From Alphaproteobacteria bacterium (GTDB lineage: Bacteria > Pseudomonadota > Alphaproteobacteria > UBA828), in NCBI GenBank assembly GCA_965237415.1, contig CBDEFM010000002.1:96001-160000 (forward strand): a stretch of DNA of 64,000 nt, written 5' to 3'. Below are positions 60,851 through 64,000 of this stretch, piece after piece. The notes beneath the pieces were generated by a model. That model had not been told where the DNA came from and did not search any database. It saw nothing but the letters and a program-made list of their open reading frames with translations. Position 1 is the first letter of the stretch. The number at the start of each line of letters is the position of its first letter. The translations under genes were made by a program, and so were the position numbers.

Positions 60851-61714
60851 TCAACCCACCGGCGCAGGCGGTGCCGGCGGCGACTCGGGCTCGCCGCCGA
60901 GCTCGCGCAGGATGGTGCAGAGCTCGTCGCCGGCTTGCGCGATCTCGTCCTCGTCGGTGCCGCGTAACACCAGGGTCGTCCCGAAGTTGCCGTCGCGCAC
61001 GAAGGGGTAGCTGCCGATCTCCAGCGCGGGGTAGCGCTCCTACCCCGAACGCACGTCCATAACCTTCGAGCCCGGCGGCCACGTCGCCCTCGCCCAGCAG
61101 GACGGAAATCTCGCGCGACTTGACCGTGCGTCCGCCCTTCAGCGTCGGCGCCACGTCGCCCTCGCCCAGCAGGACGGAAATCTCGCGCGACTTGACCGTG
61201 CGTCCGCCCTTCAGCTCGGCGCCACGCTCTCGAACATCGCGCGCATCACCGCCGGGATGCCGGCGAGCACATGCACGTTCTCGACCCGGAAGCCCGGCGC
61301 CCGGCTCACCGGGTTCTCGATGAGCGTCGCGCCCTCGGGCGTGTGCGCCATCCGCATCCGCGCCTCGTTCAGCTCGCGCCCGGTGTCCTTGTAGAAATCC
61401 TCGAGGATGCGCTTCGCCTCCGGATTGATGCGGTAGGGCAGGTTGAAGGCCCGCGCGACCGCCTCGCAGGTGATGTCGTCGTGGGTGGGGCCGATGCCGC
61501 CGGTGGTGAAGACGTAGTCGTGGGCCGCCCGCAGCGTGTTGACCGCCGCGATGATCGCGCGCTCCTCGTCTCGCACCATGCGGACCTCGGCGAGCTGGAT
61601 GCCGAGCGCTGTGAGCTGGCGGGCGAGATAGGCGACGTTCACGTCCTTGGTGCGGCCCGAGAGAATCTCGTTGCCGATGACGACCAGGGCAGCGGTGACG
61701 GTGGCTTCCGACAT
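60851..61714 (-). pseudogene. CinA-like molybdopterin-binding protein, disrupted
   Basis: IGNEILSG.T.D.N, GGIGPTHDDIT, LAGIP; frameshift near 61215, 66-bp duplication, tail ERYPALEIGSYPF in another frame. Confidence 0.85.
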
Positions 61715-61841
61715 GACGTTGATGCTCGCTGGTGCGTGCGGATGCCGCGGGGCGGCGCAGAGCATAGAGCGGCGCGCCCGTAGCGGCCATGGCCCGAGCG
61801 CGCCGTGCCACTTGAGCCGAGGGCGCTGCGGGGCATAAGAG

Positions 61842-62552
61842 ATGCCCATGCGCTTCCCCCTCCCGCTCCGCCGGGCGACCCTGCTCACGCGCTACAAGCG
61901 CTTCCTGAGCGATCACCGCTTCGAGGACGGCAGCACCGTCACCGCCCATGTCGCCAATCCCGGTGCGATGACGGGGCTAATCGACGAGGGCCTCGAAACC
62001 TGGCTCTCGCCCGCCGCGAACCCCAAGCGGAAGCTCCCCTTCAGCTGGGAGATGGTGCGAATCGGACAAGGCCTGGTGGGCGTCAACACCGGGTGGCCGA
62101 ACCGACTCGCCGCCGAGGCGATCGAGGCCGGCGCGATCCCGCCGCTCGCCGGCTACGACACGATCCGCCGCGAGGTCGCTTACGGCACGCGCTCGCGCGT
62201 GGATTTTTTGCTCGAAGCGGAGGACCGGCCGCCCTGCTATGTCGAGGTCAAGAACGTCCACCTGAAGCGCGGCCCGGCCGCCGAGTTCCCCGACAGCGTG
62301 ACCGCGCGCGGGACGAAGCATCTTCGCGAGCTTGCGGCGGTTGCCCAAGGCGGCGCCCGCGCGGTGATGCTCTACATCGTGCAGCGCGAGGACTGCGACA
62401 GCTTCTCCCTCGCCGCCGACATCGACCCGGCCTATGCCGCGGCGTTCGCCGAAGCACGCGCGAGCGGCGTGGAGGCGCTCGCCTACGCCTGCCGGCTCAG
62501 CACGGAGGGCATCGCCGTGGACCGCCCGCTCCGCTTCGCCGAACCGGCTTAG
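61842..62552 (+). CDS. sfsA: DNA/RNA nuclease SfsA
   Basis: RYKRFL, AH.ANPG.M, SRVDFLL, EVKNV, FPD.VT.RG.KHL.EL. Confidence 0.95.
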   Translation: MPMRFPLPLRRATLLTRYKRFLSDHRFEDGSTVTAHVANPGAMTGLIDEGLETWLSPAANPKRKLPFSWEMVRIGQGLVGVNTGWPNRLAAEAIEAGAIPPLAGYDTIRREVAYGTRSRVDFLLEAEDRPPCYVEVKNVHLKRGPAAEFPDSVTARGTKHLRELAAVAQGGARAVMLYIVQREDCDSFSLAADIDPAYAAAFAEARASGVEALAYACRLSTEGIAVDRPLRFAEPA

Positions 62553-62641
62553 CCAGCGATCCTTTGGAACGCGCGCCGATAGAAGCTAGATTGCGGCCGG
62601 CGGGCGCGCCCGCCACGCATAGCGAGCAAGCGAGGCCAGCC

Positions 62642-63493
62642 GTGTCCACGTCGGGAGGCGCCGCGCCGCAGCACCTCTCCGGCGCTGCGAGCGGCGCGCA
62701 AGTCATCGAGCGGAGCGTCAAGACCCACGGGCCCAAGGAGTTCGAGGCGATGCGCAAGGCCGGGCGGCTTGCGGCAGAGGTGCTCGATGCGCTGACGCCT
62801 ATGGTCGAGCCCGGTGTCGCCACCGACGCCCTCGACACATTCTGCCACGACTACATCGTGGATCACGGCGCGGTGCCGGCCCCGCTCGGCTACCGCGGCT
62901 ACCCGAAATCCATCTGCACCTCGGTCAATCACGTCGTCTGCCACGGCATCCCCGGCGACAAGCGGCTCCAAAAAGGCGACATCGTGAATATCGACGTGAC
63001 CGTGATCCTCGACGGCTGGCACGGGGACACGAGCCGCATGTTCTATGTCGGCCAGCCGAGCGTGAAGGCGCGCCGGCTCGTCGACATCACCTACGAGGCC
63101 ACGATGCGCGGCATCGCCGAGGTGAGGCCCGGCGCCCGGCTCGGCGACATCGGCCACGCGATCCAGAGCTATGCCGAGGGCGAGCGTTGCACCGTGGTGC
63201 GCGATTTCTGCGGTCACGGCATCGGGCGGGTCTTCCACGACGCGCCGAACGTGCTGCACTACGGCGAGCCCGGCACCGGCCCTGAGCTTCGGCCCGGCAT
63301 GTTCTTCACGGTGGAGCCGATGATCAATCTCGGCGGCTGGCAGGTGAAGCTGCTCCGCGACGGCTGGACCGCCGTGACCAAGGACCGCTCGCTCTCTGCC
63401 CAATTCGAGCACACGATCGGCGTCACCGAGGACGGTCACGAGATCTTCACGCTCTCGCCGCTCGGTCACACCAAGCCGCCCTACGATTGCTGA
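62642..63493 (+). CDS. map: type I methionine aminopeptidase
   Basis: CTSVN.VVCHGIP, DVT..DGWHGD, GHGIG, EPMIN, SAQFEHT; start uncertain. Confidence 0.95.
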   Translation: MSTSGGAAPQHLSGAASGAQVIERSVKTHGPKEFEAMRKAGRLAAEVLDALTPMVEPGVATDALDTFCHDYIVDHGAVPAPLGYRGYPKSICTSVNHVVCHGIPGDKRLQKGDIVNIDVTVILDGWHGDTSRMFYVGQPSVKARRLVDITYEATMRGIAEVRPGARLGDIGHAIQSYAEGERCTVVRDFCGHGIGRVFHDAPNVLHYGEPGTGPELRPGMFFTVEPMINLGGWQVKLLRDGWTAVTKDRSLSAQFEHTIGVTEDGHEIFTLSPLGHTKPPYDC

Positions 63494-63495
63494 CG

Positions 63496-64000
63496 GTGGC
63501 GGAGAAGCCCCACTTTCACGGCCACCGCGAGCGGCTGCGCCAGCGCTTCGACAAGACGGGCGCGGACGGTCTGCCCGATTACGAACTGCTGGAACTGCTG
63601 CTCTGCCAGGCGCTCCCCAGACGCGACGTCAAGCCGCTGGCCAAGCGGCTGGTCGAGCGCTTCGGCACCATCGGCGGCGTGCTCGGTGCAGAGAAGGAGG
63701 CGCTGAGGGAGGTCGACGGCGTGGGCGATGGGGTGATCCACACCCTCAAGCTCGTCGAGGCGCTCGGCGTGCGCACGCTGCGGGAGGCGGTGATGGGCCG
63801 CCCGGTCATCGGCACGTGGCAGGCGGTGCTGGATTATTGCTCGGCGCGCCTCGCCCACCAGAAGACCGAGCACTTTCGCGTGCTCTATCTCGACAACCAC
63901 AACGCGCTGATCGCCGATGAGGAGCAGCAGCACGGCACGGTCGATCATGTGGTGCTCTATCCGCGCGAGGTGATCAAGCGCGCGCTCGAGCATGGCGCGA
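63496..64000 (+). CDS. radC: RadC family JAB-domain protein (partial, runs off window)
   Basis: GHRERLR.RF, YELLELLL, RRDVKPLAK, GTVDH..YPREV. Confidence 0.92.
   Translation, partial: MAEKPHFHGHRERLRQRFDKTGADGLPDYELLELLLCQALPRRDVKPLAKRLVERFGTIGGVLGAEKEALREVDGVGDGVIHTLKLVEALGVRTLREAVMGRPVIGTWQAVLDYCSARLAHQKTEHFRVLYLDNHNALIADEEQQHGTVDHVVLYPREVIKRALEHGA

Noticed and set aside
61078-61215. Direct repeats as a CRISPR array
   Set aside because: Only two 66-bp copies of coding sequence with a 6-bp gap; no cas genes
61805-62641. Apparent long N-terminal extension of map
   Set aside because: Open shadow frame over sfsA; map homology starts near 62700
1-64000. tRNA, rRNA or riboswitch genes
   Set aside because: None recognised by eye, including near the integrases and thiE; a covariance-model scan would be needed to exclude them

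Overview
GC-rich alphaproteobacterial chromosome segment. The assignment rests on the suhB-efp-thiE and sfsA-map-radC gene orders, a GAAC-N7-GAAC LexA box and alphaproteobacterial REP-like palindromes. The window is mostly catabolic genes: N-heterocycle amidohydrolases, a sugar-type ABC transporter with a flavoprotein, CoA transferases, beta-oxidation genes, and nitrilase/DapA/M24-family genes. It also holds an imuA-imuB-dnaE2 cassette, four toxin-antitoxin loci (three lacking a functional toxin) and two mobile-element hot spots. Best-supported highlights: (1) an IS110/IS1111 element (~2762-4143) whose 3' non-coding end contains short segments matching its own insertion target and donor junction, i.e. 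readable bridge-RNA guides; (2) this element is nested in a 4.76-kb IS21-family element (2626-7384, 6-bp target duplication) that carries a Cys-rich passenger ORF and splits a GGCT/AtzF-C-like gene; (3) that gene belongs to a creatininase + divergent AtzD/barbiturase-family operon with a hybrid active-site signature, suggesting an undescribed cyclic-amide pathway. All assignments come from motif recognition by eye; no database search was run.
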